Of a DNA stretch of 64,000 nucleotides, positions 1 to 14,738 are shown piece after piece. A program made the position numbers and the translations under genes. Under the pieces are notes generated by a model. It saw only the letters and a list, made by a program, of their open reading frames with translations, was not told the origin of the DNA and searched no databases. The stretch is taken from contig CP075492.1 of NCBI GenBank assembly GCA_021613535.1, positions 7,874,001 to 7,938,000 of the forward strand, given 5' to 3'. The stretch is from Adineta vaga. Taxonomy: Eukaryota > Animalia > Rotifera. Within the stretch, counting starts at the first letter, position 1, and each line of letters opens with the position of its first letter.

Positions 1-1553
1 TTAAGAGCATTACTACTATTTCGTTTCATATATAATAATTGACCATTTCGAATACAAAACCAACGTCTAAACAATTATATAAGTAATAAGTTACATCGTC
101 TAATAACCAACCTATTCCATGTCTTGAATTTATTATGTGAACGTTTAAACAGATAACCTGGAGAGAAAAAGACGATGACTTTGTCTCTTACTGAATAATA
201 ATCGTTTATTTACCTTCTTTAGTCACTTCAGTACCATTCGATGGCATATTTGATAAACTTTGTTGTGAAATATTTCTTGATAGAATATTTTTTGACTATA
301 CAATACTTCTATATTTGACCTACTAAAGAATTATTTTTCATCACTTACTAAAGATAAAGAAGATTCTGGTGTCATTCCATCGTTTCTGTTCTCGTCTGGG
401 TTATACTAAAAATAGAAAAGGAGATAAATTCAAGATGATGATATGAAACATTTGTATGAATTAATACTCTTTTTTGATTGATTTCATGTATTTTTTCTAA
501 TAATTTCTCTTTCTGTCCATTTTCTTGTTTCATTTTGGTTAACTAAACAATCAGTCGAACATGTATTTATTTATTTATTTACTTAATTAACAATTACTTC
601 TGTATTCATCGAATGGACATCTTTTTCTGTTTCAGTTGATAATAATTCATAGCCTTGATGAAAAAATGCTTTATGAAAATTGATATACGATAAAAATAAT
701 TCAATTAGATCGACTTTATGGTGATTAAATAAGACATTTATTTGAGAAGTATAATCAATTGATGTATGACCGAAACAACTTCGAGTAGCAATCAAATTTT
801 TACTAACATCTTCACATAAATGAGCTAAATAGTCAAGAATTATGTATACAAAACTTGATATTATTGTTTACTTACGTTTTGTTTTCGATACATCTGCATT
901 CTTTTGTAAAGCTGAAAAATAATTGATTAATTTCAATGACTTATCGTTGATAAAACAAAAAAAGATGTTATTACCAATATCATAATCTGTACTTAAACGT
1001 TCGAATAATTTTCCTTGATCTTTTACTTTTCTTATATCTTCTTTTAACATTCGTGTTAATGTTCGTAGCATACTATGTGATGTTTGTTCCAATAAATTCT
1101 ATTTGAAAAATATCTCTCTTTGTTTTTTTTCCACCAATAAATCAATTTAGTGACTTACAGAAAATAAAGTTTGTATTTCATACAGATAATTACCAAATTT
1201 TGCGAGACTTTTATAAGTTAATTCATCTGTAGAAAAGAATTCGCGAACATCAAAAATGCATTTAATAAATTTCCTAAAGAAGATAATCGTCTTTTTTTCT
1301 TCTAAACAAATTTCACCAATAGTTTTTCTTACTGAAAATCTTGCACAAATAATTTGCCACTATTAATAACTAAATTGCACATTTTATACATTTGTTCTAA
1401 ACGATCTTCAAGTATATCGATGTGATTCGCAGCTTGTCGAAGTTGACTTCTTTTTAATCAAGATATTATTTTATATAAACAATATAAAATTGAAAAAACA
1501 TACCGATAAACAGGAGAATCTTTAAGACATTCTTCAAAATCGATGGTATGCAT
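1..1553 (-). CDS. ACAP: ArfGAP with BAR/coiled-coil, PH and ankyrin domains (ACAP/centaurin-beta), 5' part; multi-exon, continues beyond the window start
   Basis: First exon reads MHTIDFEECLKDSPVYR (ACAP-type DFEECLKDSP). BAR-like exons follow (ORFs 868-1092, 583-795), then the PH-domain start GYLFKRSHNKFKTWNR and RWFCIRNGQL near 1-160. Confidence 0.88.
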
Positions 1554-2949
1554 GACTAAAAGGAAACAGTAGTATCTGTTATGATAATACAATATAACTC
1601 GTCGAAGGCATTTTTTTTTCTATCTCTCTTTTTCTCCTCTCATATTATATAACCTAATGGATAGATATTGGAGTATCGTTGTCACATTTACTGATGAATG
1701 CCGACAGCTCGCGCCTCTCTTTTTCCTTCTCTATTTGTTCATCATACAAATGTATATGTGTTCAGTCAGAGTGAAAATGAGTAATTATATACGAACGATA
1801 GAAGAATAACACATGTTTGTTAGAAGTGCTTGACCTCTCGTCGGCATCAATTTCACGGAAGCTACTTACTTCATCGATCGCACTGTACAATTCGAAATGG
1901 TAACTCATCATCGTATTTGATACGAGAAACGAGAAAAACAAATGAAGGATAGGAACAGATGGTCATCTCCATAGGGTGTTTTGCTTTTCTATTGTCTTCA
2001 TAGAAATTAATATGTAAACGATGTCATTTTATAGCATGCCATATCAAAATTCAACTCTTCAACATCTCAATAGACACTTATTAGACATTCTCATACTCAT
2101 ATGATGATAAGAAAAACATTCGTATTGATAGTCGTCTCTTGCAAAGAAAAGCAAAATCAATCTTTTTCTCCTGTACCATCGATTTTTTCATCAAAACATA
2201 GAAATAATATGATGTACATGAAAACTCTATCTAGATATTATATGAAATTGTCATCTAATGTGATATTTCAATTACTTTCTATATCGAACAAATTAATCTT
2301 TAAATAAATAAAATAATCCTATTTTTTTCTTGTTTCGTCTTCATATTTTCTATGCATGAATATCTAAGAACAAAAAAGGACTATACATTTTCAAACTCAT
2401 TATGAAATTAGTCGATATAGTTCGGGAAGGAGAAAAAAAAGAAGTTCATTCATTCAATAGACATACTTTGTTTTGTTTTGAAGATTTAGAACGACGTCAT
2501 TTGCAAAATTTTACTATTTATTTTAAAATCTTTTTTCGAGTAGAAGAAAGACCATATTTACTTTAAAGTTGAAAGAACAAGAAAGAAAAATGCAAGCAAG
2601 ACTATCTACTGATTCATCATTTACATTCATCCACGAACGCTCACGCATGCATATCTATACATGTATGTGCGTGCGCATATATAACAATTATATCATCATA
2701 ACTGTTGGTCAAATTTAAACACAAACGGCTAGCTGATTGTCGAGTCTCTCTAGATGTCGGCATGTTTCATAATAAGTCGAGCAAATCTATCGACAAGACA
2801 CAAAATTGTAATAATATTATTCAAGAATGAAACGTGCTTGTTTTTTTCTCTTCAAATACAAATTCACTTTTATCAATATATAATTTTGTCTTTAACTTAG
2901 AAATATTAACATAAAATTTTAAAATGAAAAACACACGCATATGAATATA

Positions 2950-5900
2950 CTACAAATGTTCTAAATGACGATCTTTTGATTTTCTTCGATGTTTTTTAAT
3001 AACTGCTGATGTTTGTGATGTATTTTTTCCACTAACATTATCATGTGCTGTCAATACACTGGATGTTCTTCTAGCTCGAGATGAAGCTAATTGTTGTTGT
3101 TGTTGTTGAAAAACATCTGTTAGTTTTACTCGTGGATTTTTTTGTGATGGATTTTTATTTTGTGTTAATGCTTGATAACGTGATTTGAATACATGATCAA
3201 GTGATTTATTATACAAATGACGTTTATTAGATAATTGACGTCGTTTAATAGCATCATAATTACTACCATAAGTATGTATTGATCCAGACATCAATTGAGA
3301 TAAATCACTATGATCAGTTGTATCCAAATTTCTTTGCATATCATTGACTTTAGCTGTTTCACTCCATTGTTGAGATGTACAAGCTGAATTCTTCATATAT
3401 CGTCCATTACCACGATAGATTAATCCAGTAGTTGATAGGTCAGGTTCAGATGCTTGTTTGTTATCATCATTATCATAATCTGGTTCAGGTAAATCTTCTT
3501 CGTCGAAACCTTTCAATTGTTGTAGAACTTTTACTTGCTCGACAGCATCTTCCACATTATCGGAATTAAAATCTCCTCGACGATGATTTCGATTCGTTTG
3601 TCCATTACTTGATTGACAAATTTTCAAGTCAGTCGATGCTAATAGATGTAACAATGTTCCATATCGATGCCATAACATCGATACAAATTGTACAAGTAAA
3701 ATTGTTGCAAAAAACAGAAGAAAACCTAAACCAAGTGGTTCAAAACGTAATGGTTCATTATGTAAACGTTTTATTGGTATAAAGACAAATTCACGTATAC
3801 GTTCAGCAACTAATTGTAATGAAAAGATAATAACCATCCATAATGTATTGATCATAAAGAAGACGAAACAACTATTGTTACGTAATGATTTCAAATCACG
3901 AACCATTTTCTTTTGATGATCTTTATCTTCCACTAATGGATATAAATAACGTTCAATAACTCCTTGGAAGAATTTTGTTTCACGTGGATCAAGCATAACA
4001 ACTTCAGAATCACGTAATGATTCATGAAAGATCCATGCAGGATTAACTAGAATAGACAAAAACGAAGATGATCATTTTTATCAATTAGTACAATACTATT
4101 CTTCTCTAATTTCGTACCTAATTCATTTCGTTTTATAATTGGTGTTTCGAATAGACGTGATACACCTCCATAAGACATTATCTGTCCGGAGGGTGTATTT
4201 CGAGTACTATGAATTCCACGATAGATCACTTGTGACTGCGAATCGACTTGTGGAAAACTTCCACGAGTAATTGGTACGCCTGTTATTCCTGGTGATCCAG
4301 CTCGAGCCGCTAAATGCATCAAACCATATTTTGCATCGATTTCTGATCCAATTGGTGTTTTATTTCGTTCAGGATATAAACCTGTCGTTGCAACAGCATC
4401 CATTTCTTCATCAAATTTACTCTAAAATGCGAACAAGATCAATGTGAAAATTTTCTTCTGATTTAAATTTCAGACAACAACTCTTACTTTTTCCATACGT
4501 TCAACAGCACCTAGAATCTGTTGGAGAAGTATACCATTCAATCCCGATCGTTCTAATCCTAACCATTTTCGAGCATACGAACGAATTCGTTCATCATATT
4601 TTTTGAAATTAAAATTAGCAAATACCTAAATTGATCAAGTATACAAGTGACATACATTTTTCTTTAAATGATCATCCTACTTGATTAAAAAAACCAGCAG
4701 TTTTTTGTTTTACTTGTGTTAATTCTTGCATTCTTGCACGTTCTTGTTCTTCTTTACTTAGATTCTTTTTAGTTTTCGGTGCTTCACGTGTTCCCCAAGA
4801 GACAATATTCAAATTGCATAATGAATAAATCAATAAAAACAAATATCCACTTGGTATACATAAGAAATACAATATACCAGGAACGACACACCAAAATTCT
4901 TGAGGATGCATACAAGCGGCAATAAAATTAATCGAAAGTAATAACATTAAAAACACAGCGTTCGGCGATGTCCAAGAATCTTCAGCTATTTGAATCGTAG
5001 TACCAACGATTACAGCCATCATTATTATAGCATAGACTGCTGAGAGAAATGCAGCAGCACGAATTTGAAAATCAGTCGTAGTATGAAAACATAATAAGAG
5101 ATAGAAGAATGCTGGCAATACAGACATATACATTGATTGCCAAAGACTTGTACCTAAATGATTTGAATGTAAAACTTTATAATGAAATGTGTATTTTCAC
5201 ATACCGAAACAAGCATTGAACGCTCCAATAATCATCAGAAGTACTGTCGCTGGACCTAGTACTGTTGAGATCATAAGGAAAAGTTGATAGATGATATATA
5301 AATATGAGATACTCTCATTCACAACTACAATTCTTTTATATTCCGCAAGAAAATCCAAAATATTTGCAATAGTTGATGGAACCCATCGACGACGTTGATT
5401 AAAAAATTCCTATTTATTTATTCAAAATCGATCTATATACATATCAATTTCTCTCAAAAACACATTAAACTTACATGAAATGTTTCAGGTGCATATGTCA
5501 AAGCGTCAGATGCTGCACAATATTCAACACGATAACCTTCTTGTAATAGAAGTGTACATAACCATCGATCTTCACCTATAGAAACAAACTCAATCAACAC
5601 TATTGATAAGATAGAAGAGAAAAACCTTGATCATATTGGACATAATGTCGAGCTTCAGTAGATTTTGTACAATATGTTCGAAGAACATGATCATCCATCA
5701 ATGCAGAACCACGAAATAAACTAAAACAACCTGGACTACACATCTAAAGAACAAAGAAGATCTATTGTTTGATATTTTTCTCTCAGAATTCATTAACTTA
5801 CCACACAACCTAAGATATGTTCAGCTGCTTTTTGAAGCCAATGACCAATAGCATATTCAAATTTTTGATACCATACCATAGGACCTAACATGATTTAAGT

Positions 5901-8900
5901 ACGAATTGATCGATTTTAAATTAATTCTTACCACTTCCAATGGGATGAATACGTCCACAAGCTGCACCAACTTTCTTATTCTTCTTCATTCGATCAACTA
6001 ATAAACGTACAGCATCGGGTCGAAAATCGACATCGCCATCCAATGCTAATAAATAAGTATTTTCCATCTAAATAAACGTTGACAAAATTCTTAGCAAAGA
6101 AATATCTATTATCTTCTTACTTGTATTCGTTTTTTATTATCCATATTATTTAATAAATTTCCAAAACCTTTGAATAATTTTGATTTATTTTTCGATATAT
6201 CTTTCTTTCGTTTTCGTTTATATAGTTTTTCGATGATATTCAAATCACCAAATAAACGATAACCAAGTAAATAGTACATATACATAACCTAGAATTCATT
6301 AAAGAAAAATCAAATCAAATATCAAAACAGCATTCATTCCTATTACTTGACTCCAACGTTTTTTATGTCGAATCTTTGTCTTATCTTTAATATGTGCAAT
6401 AAGAAAATTTCCACCCGGTAAAATCCATGTTAATCTTCCACCATAAGGTGTAGGTGTTTTGAAGGGTGGAGGAATTTTCATAGGACATTGATGAATAGCT
6501 CTAAAATAATTCAATGAAATATTTCGTCATGAACAAAAATAATCCTTATGAAACATACGTTGCTGCTCGATCAATAACTCCAAGTAGTTGTTGAACGAAT
6601 TTATTCGGTACTTGTTCGTTATTTTCATCCTCTTCCGTAGCATCATCAAAGAAAATATGACCTTCATATTCATAATAATCGAGATCCTTAAGATTTAAAT
6701 AATTACGAGCAGTTCGACGAGCACATTGATCACTATCTAATCTAGAATAGTAGATAATTTGATGTAAATTACTTCGTACCTCGAGAATAATGAATTACTA
6801 ATAGCAAACCTCATAATCGATTTTAATAATTGTAACATTTCTGTTTCTGTTTCATGCCACATTGTTGCACATGAATATATCTTTGTATGTATATCTGCAC
6901 TTAATTTTTTCTCCATAGATAATTCTTCCATACTCTGTTCATCATATTCTGTTTCACCACTGGCTGTACCCATTTCATCATATGTACCTGTGAGAACTTC
7001 ATCACCTTCATTTCGTCGTCGGTTCATCATTAATGATTGCTCAAGTAATGTTGCACAATAACGTGGAGAAACAAACAAACTAAAAGTAAAATTCAATCAA
7101 AATCTTCTATCAATGCATAAATGGATTCATTTACCGATCGGTAAAAGCTAAACGTTGACTTTTTCCAAACCAAATATGTCCAGCAATCCATAATTCCGAT
7201 AACCACCATAGAAAAAGACCACAAATAACTTGCCAACGAAATGAATCTTTTGCATAATCAGCATAACAACTCCAGAAAAGGAAATTGTCAACGAAAACAG
7301 TTGTTTGTGGAGCAGCAGAACACATAACTAGTAAGATAGTCAACGCTAATGGTGTGACTAATGTAATCGGTAATGCAAAACATATTCGTTGCATACAAAG
7401 TTTACATGCTAAACGACCCATATAAAAACATAATGCATCTGATAGGATTTTTAATAGCATGGGTGCTAAATAATAAATCCAACGATCTCGTGGATTTGTT
7501 GATTCTTTTTCACCACTACCTGGAAGATTATTTCCAGCAGCAAGTGCATTTAATGTTTCATCATCTAACAAGAAATTACTAGGTAAATCATTCTCTAGTT
7601 GTCGTTTTTGTCGTTGAATATATGTAGTAATATTATCAATTGAACGACGTTCACGTGGTGGTACAATTGGAACTAATCCTTGCATTGGTTGTTGATCAAA
7701 ACCTAACGATGCCCAAGAATTTTGTCCTGAAGATAATTTTGGTAATGGATCTTGTAACGGTTCATAATTGTCATGAATTGGAAAAACAACTGATGTATTG
7801 AAAATACCATGATGAAATATATAGGCAAGTATAATTGTAACAAATACTTTCCAACAAGTAATTATTACTGAAGTTTTTGCACGTGTTGCAACGATATTTT
7901 CTTTTAATAATTTCATATGAACTATTATACGGCCACCAATTTTGATGTCACGATCAACAAAATTTTCCCACCTACAAACGAAAATAATGAGTAATCGAAC
8001 AAAAGCAATTGCTCATTTCTATTCTTACCAGGCTAATGAAACAAGAATTAATGCAACCGGTAATTCCCATTGAATATAAAAGCTACCTAAAATTGTTTGT
8101 AAATTTTTATCAATTGAACTAATATTACTAGCCACTGTTGTCAGTAAAATATTCTCGTCAAAATCGGAAGGAATTATTGTAGATTCATCTTGTCGTCGGT
8201 GTCGATTTAAGATTGGTATGGTTGTTGTACTTTCAGGAAAAAGTAATGATGATGCTGTCGTTTGTGCAAAAACAGGTCCATCTGTTTTCAAAAATTTTGA
8301 TGCTAATGCAATACCCATACAAGAACATTGCATTGCAAATGCAAAAAAATCCATAAGAAATAAAAGACTTCGTCGTACAATAGATGAATTTGATTTTGTC
8401 AAAAATAATTTTAAAAAAGCAGGAACAAGACAAACAGCATTCATAATTAATAAACTTCGTGCGGTATCAAGTTTTGGTAAAATATGAAAAACAAATATAG
8501 CAATGCCAAAACTATGTAATGTTTCAATGAAAAATACCTAAACATAGATTATTGAGAAGATTTAATCGAAAAATAAAGAATTAAACATACGATAGTAAAG
8601 ATTTTCACAGTTGGCCATGGTTTATTACCAAATAGACATGTACCAAAACTATCGAAGAATGTGAAAATATATGGAGCACAGACAACTGTCAATAACATCC
8701 ATACCCAACGTTCACGATAGGGTGTCTAAAATAGAAATATATTCATCAGACAGATCACTTGAGGTCTTCTCTTACCTCTTGTACATTAGCCACCGAGTTT
8801 GTCATCAATAATAAAGCACCTTTACTAACTAAAGCAGTTACTAGTACACCGATATTTAAGACAATATAAGTGGTAAGTTTTAATAGTCGCATAGATAATC

Positions 8901-11482
8901 GATAACAATGAACAGTTTTCTCATAAGCTTCACGAACATCGGTTGTACGTGGTATATCCCAAGAATCCATCTGTTCCCTATATTTTACAATAAAACAAAA
9001 AATGGTCCGATTATTTTAGTTGTTTATAAATCAACTCACTGATCAAGTAGAATATCATCATCATCGTCATCGTCACCATTCTTTAATGATTGATCCAGAG
9101 CGGGAAAACTGTATGTTGAATGTTCAAATTCATTACTTTTACGTGCTTTACGTGCTTGATTATCTTTGAATTTTTGTCTTTGTAACATCAAAATTTTCTT
9201 CACTATATCTCGTTTTTGTTCGGATAACATCGTTTGATTTTGAAGAGCAAGTAAAACATTTCTTGGTTCAGATTTGGAACGAACAGCAGTTGGATGTTTT
9301 CTTTCATCTTGTCCAACTGCCCAATCTAAATCAAAAGACAAATAACTATAATACATTCTCTTCTCTATCTTTACCTGTCATAAATAAATCTCCACTTGCT
9401 GCAGCAACTTTTGTTTCTCTGATTAATTGTTCACCTTCTGTTAATTTCATTGTTGGTGCAATCGGAACTTTCGCAGCCATTGCTGCAACGATTCCATCAT
9501 GTACTTTCAAAGGACTTTGTGACGTTGTTATACAGGGCAATCCTGAACCGGATTCAATATTTGTTTCAATGGGAAATCGTTTTGGTTGTAATTGTTTGGT
9601 TGTTGTGATTGTTCCAGGTGTAAATTCATCTTGAACAAGAATACGTACTTCACGTTCAGATAAACCTTCTAATGAAGATCTTATTTCATCAGTTGATTTA
9701 TTCGATGTTATTCGATGATCAACAGCATCTTTTTCAAGTAATTGTAATTTCTACGAAAATCAATAAAAATAGTATATGTCTAGATTTACTTGTTGTTCGA
9801 ATAAGTTTACTTTAGCAACTTTGAGCATATCATGATGCTCTTGTTCATTCATAGGTATTGCTTCAGAAGGAATCGAAGTAGGAGATGCTGGTTTCTTTTG
9901 ATCTTTCGTTGTTCGTCTTTTAATAAAATGACCTGAACGTTTACTACTATCACCATTTGGTTTTGATGATGATGAGGATAATTCGATAGTTTTTGTAGAA
10001 ACCTTGTGAAATCATAAACATACATTCTTTACATAACATATTATAAATCGAAATTCCACATACTTTTGGTAAATCTGTAAGTTTATCCATTGTTTTTTTG
10101 CTAGTTAAATTGATTTGATTCAGGAAACGATGACGTTCATTTGCATTCCGTTTTGCTTGGCGTAAAAGACGTTGTCGAACAAGAAATCCTCTAATATGTT
10201 TTTGACATATTACAATATTCAATAGATACTGTTCGGAATGTTGATTTAAAATTTGTAAATGTTCTAATGTCAATAAGATCTGAGAACATACATCATTCAA
10301 AATGAAATCGAATAGATTTTAACATTATCATACTTTTGCTTTTTCAATAATATAATCAGTTAAAGAAAGATGCTGAAGAATTCTTTCGCATGTTTTTGCA
10401 TTGACTTCAATGGAACAATTGGATGGATAATAAATGAATTTATATCTAAAAATAGAGAAGAAATTTCAACCAATTAATAGAGGGAAAGTTTCTAAACAAA
10501 CCTTGTGAAAAATTCGTTAAATGTAAAACGAATTGGCCAATCTTGTTCGTGAACTATTCTATGTTCAAATTGATTAGCTAATTTACCGTGATTATGTTTA
10601 ATACATCTAGGTAATACAAAACAATTTACATTGAAATTGATTGGATTCAATTGTTTTGTTCAATGTAAAGAATATAATGAGAATACTTATATGAGTATTT
10701 ACGTAGTGAGACTACAATCATACAATAGATGATCCAGTATTAAGGTCATGTATTTACATACTCGATTTAAACAGCAGAACGAAATTAGAAAGGATTGAAA
10801 GAAGATAACATACGAAAAAATATGGTATATGCGTTTTCATTTCCTATAATCATCGTACTACGCATGCGCATGATAGAAACCTTATTGTTCTTTTCTCGAA
10901 TAATTCTGAACGAAATAAAAACTACCTCGATTTATTTTTCCAAACTAATGTATTGTGCCCATCACTATCATCATGATCAGTCATTAATTCATCGGTTGGA
11001 ATATGTAAATCAATCGAAACAGTTAGACTTTCACATGAATCTGGAAAGATTTGTTCTGCTTGTTGTTGTTGTTGTTGTTGTGGATTGAGATCTTTTGATA
11101 AATGTTTTTTCTCATGTGATGGTTCAGATTGATGTTGTGATGACGGTGGTAAAAGTAACCAATGACCACGTCGATCAAGTCGACAATATCCTGGCGGCTT
11201 TTTCGAATTCTGTTCATAATTAAAGCCATAAGATTGTGGTATCGTTGAATAATCATCAAGGGTTTCCCATCCATTTTCATTTCGATTATCTGATAATGAT
11301 GATACTGATAAATCTTGAATATATTGATTATCAACTAATGAAGCAAGTACTGATGTAGGTGTTGCACCGGGCAAATCTTGCCATGAATCATTAGAACATT
11401 GTTCATTAAATTTGAATTTTTCCGTTGTAAATAGTAATTTTTTTATATCAGTTTTCGTTGAAAATATGTTAAAATCAGCCAT
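2950..11482 (-). CDS. CHS: Chitin synthase (GT2), multi-exon, with an N-terminal degenerate myosin converter + IQ segment
   Basis: Motifs: CATMWHET (about 6845-6870), DGDVDF (about 6025-6042), GEDRWLCTLL (about 5550-5577), NQRRRW (5383-5400), SWGTRE (about 4783-4800). N-terminal TM block begins after DSWDIP. Exons can be joined in frame by GT-AG introns up to ATG 11482. The 5' model is less certain than the catalytic core. Confidence 0.9.
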
Positions 11483-13501
11483 GACATATGATTTATAATG
11501 GTCAAGGAAAAAATACGATAGACATTATGAATAGGAAAAAGAAAAACAATAACGAACGTGGAATGTCAATAGACTCCGATTTGTTAGTTATAACTGGACG
11601 AAGATTGAGACTAATCGATAGATAAATACACACGATTGCTCGTAAAGTTGTTTCCTTTTCCTTTCTGTCTCTACTTGAATCAATATCTTGTTTGTTTGAC
11701 TAGAGGAAAAACAACTGACCAACCGTAGTCAAATGCGCATACAATGAGGACAAAAAATAAATCTCATTTCTCTAATCGGGACAGTCAACAATTCATACTC
11801 ATTTGTTATCATATCGAAATGAAAGTTAATTAACTACGTTAGACGATTATCGATCTGCATAAATGATCAGTATTTAAGAATAAAAAGAGATGTAGATGCG
11901 TCGACAAAGAAGAAACTATGCTCATAGATTATACATATTGTAAACGACGGTTCGAACTTTATACGACAAATGTTTCATATGGAAAAAACAATCGACGAAA
12001 TGATTGTAGTATTTCTCGGTAGGTAACATCATTACAATCTAACAAATCACATATTACTTTTAGATTGAATATTCGTTTTGAACAAAACCAATGCTGTTGT
12101 GATTTTATTCTGAAGTAAACGATTGTTTCATGTAGAAAAATGATATTCTTCCTTTGATTGATCAGTCAGGAAGTCATTTTTTGTCGTCGCAGTGTCCACA
12201 AAGTGTTCGAAAACGAGACCCAAAGAAAATACTCAACATCATTCTCGCAATAGGAAATCGAGATCGATCAAGGTTTAATAAACGCAATATCATAGGTTTA
12301 GAAAATGTGAAGAAAAATTCGGGAATTTCGCACATCTATGTTAATGATGCTAGATAGAAATCTGAACGAAAAAAGAGAAGACGAAGAATTTTGATCTTAC
12401 GTTTTTTAACTAATATTTTTACATGAACATCAATTTAATATGAACAGCAATTGTAAACGAAAACGAAAACGGAATATCTAAAGACGAATATGTCCTTCGT
12501 CATTGTTTCATTTACTTTGTTTTACATACACAAAACACAATCCTCAATGTTCGCAAAAAAAAGAAGAAGAAGAAGAAGAAGAAAGTGTCATCTTCCTTCT
12601 TTTCCTCGTTCATTTTATTTTATCTTGCCACCCTTTATACTTCTCGCATTCGTTTTGTTTATTTTGTACTTCCCATTAGTCTTTCGTCTAGGTCTCTTCT
12701 TTCTTTTCGTCATCAAATGGTGAGATAAATACATACACAAATATATAAAAAAAAAGAGAGCGAATCCGTCGTTTTCATTTGTGTATATATATGTGTGTGT
12801 GTATACGTCTATGTCACGAACGAAGGTGACAACAGTACAAATATAACAAGCAGACTAAACTAGTTGGAAGAATGTTGAGTAATCTAACCGATAGGACACA
12901 CAAACGAAGATGGATAGAAAGAAGAAGAAGAAGAACTGGATATACAAACGAGAAAAAAAAAGAAAGAATCTTTTCATCACATACATTGATTAAATATATC
13001 GGTGACATTTACATACTGATCCACGTACCTGACAAATGATGGTTCAATTGAGTTCGTTTTATTGAATAATTCAGTCTAAGAGACAATATTTTCATCGACA
13101 TGATCGTGACGAATAGACAACCATTGAATTTGACATTCGAAAATTTTATCAGAAATTCTTGATTCATTCATTTGGTATTTAGAATAGAAATCAATAAACA
13201 CGATACATAAATTCATTCATGTTCATCACTTGAAAACTTTTTATTGTTTATTTTTAAAGTTCGTAAGAAGAAAAAAAAGAAAGGAAGATAAAGAATATGT
13301 ACCCAGAAGAAAAACGAAAGTATACATTTTAGAATGGATAATAAAGATATGATATACAAAGTGGATCGTTGATCGGTATAAAAAAAAGAAAGAAAGAGAA
13401 AAGACAAGAAAAAAAATCATTATTAGTGTCGGCAAACATGTCATTCAATGACTTGAATTCATTCATAGACAATCAGCACCGTGAAGAAATTCGATTTTGA
13501 T

Positions 13502-14738
13502 TTAAAACAATGAACAACGAGACCAAAACGAGGTATCAGGTTTTTTCGTTTGATCTTTTTTTGGTTTGATTACCATTGATTTACCAGGTTGTTCCGTACT
13601 CTAAAGAATTGTAATGTCGAATAAATTAAATAATTTCTAAGAATTCATACCGCTTTTTTGTCAATTTTAGCTTTTATATCTCGTGCAAGAGACAAAAATG
13701 CTTCTTCAACATTCTATAAAGAATAACAATTTATCAATGAAAGTATTGAAATAGATATTTATTTCAAAACTTACAATATTGCCTTTTGCACTAGTTTCCA
13801 TAAATTTGATACCATAATTATTAGCTAGCTAAATAAAAGATTTAAATATTAGAAAAAAGACGAAGATATGTTTTTCTTCTTCTCCTTCTCAAATGATAAA
13901 AGTATAGTCAGCGTTGGTATTACATACATTTTCACCCTTTTCTCGAGATACTTGTCGTTTATCTTGCATGTCACATTTATTTCCAATTAACATTCGTTCT
14001 ACTTCGGCTGAAGCATGCTACAATAGAAATCATCTCGATAGCAAAAAAAATCAACTATTTCCTCTCATTCATACTTCTTCAATATTACGAATCCAATTTC
14101 TTATATTATCAAAGCTTTTTTCACTGGTTATATCATATACCAACATAATTCCCTAGAATAGATATAATTATTTATATCATGCCAATTTTAAGTTTGTTCT
14201 CTACCATAGCGCCTCGATAATATGCTGTTGTAATTGTTTTAAATCGTTCCTAAACAGAATTATTTATATTCAAGATAAATCTAAAAACAATATGTATGTG
14301 TTCCATACTTGACCAGCAGTATCCCTATACGAAACAAAACGATATAACCCGTTATCTTTCTTTCATTCGATGTTAACATACCATATTTGTAATTTGATTT
14401 TTCGTCCATCAAGATCAATTGTACGAATTTTAAAATCAATACCTTGAAATAAGAAAAACAGAATTGATTTACAACCAAAAAAACATCTTTAACGATATTA
14501 CCGATTGTCGATATAAATGTGGTACTGAATGCTGAATCACAGAAACGTAATAAAACGCATGTCTAAATAAGCATAGATTCATTTGTATAGATGAACAAAT
14601 TGGCTTTATCGGTTAAGTAAATACCTTTCCGACACCGCTATCACCTAAAATAGAAGGCGATTAGAATTTCACTATTCATAAGAGAGATAACATACCAATT
14701 AAAAGTAATTTAAATAAATAATCATAGGCTTTCGCCAT
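13502..14738 (-). CDS. RAB8: Rab8-family small GTPase, multi-exon
   Basis: Spliced product [28 protein letters not shown], then [38 protein letters not shown] and ETSAK. It ends in a Rab8-type CaaX box, CSLF*. Confidence 0.92.

Noticed and set aside
8218-9634. Antisense ORFs over CHS (and similar ones at 19602, 28319, 37006, 37273, 39027 and 50517)
   Set aside because: They are shadow frames of real exons on the opposite strand.
12154-13444. Short Phe/Leu-rich ORFs (also at 41226-41684, 46348-46646, 48068-48351 and 59336-59791)
   Set aside because: These are translations of T-rich or purine-rich UTR, intron and microsatellite sequence, with no domain signal.
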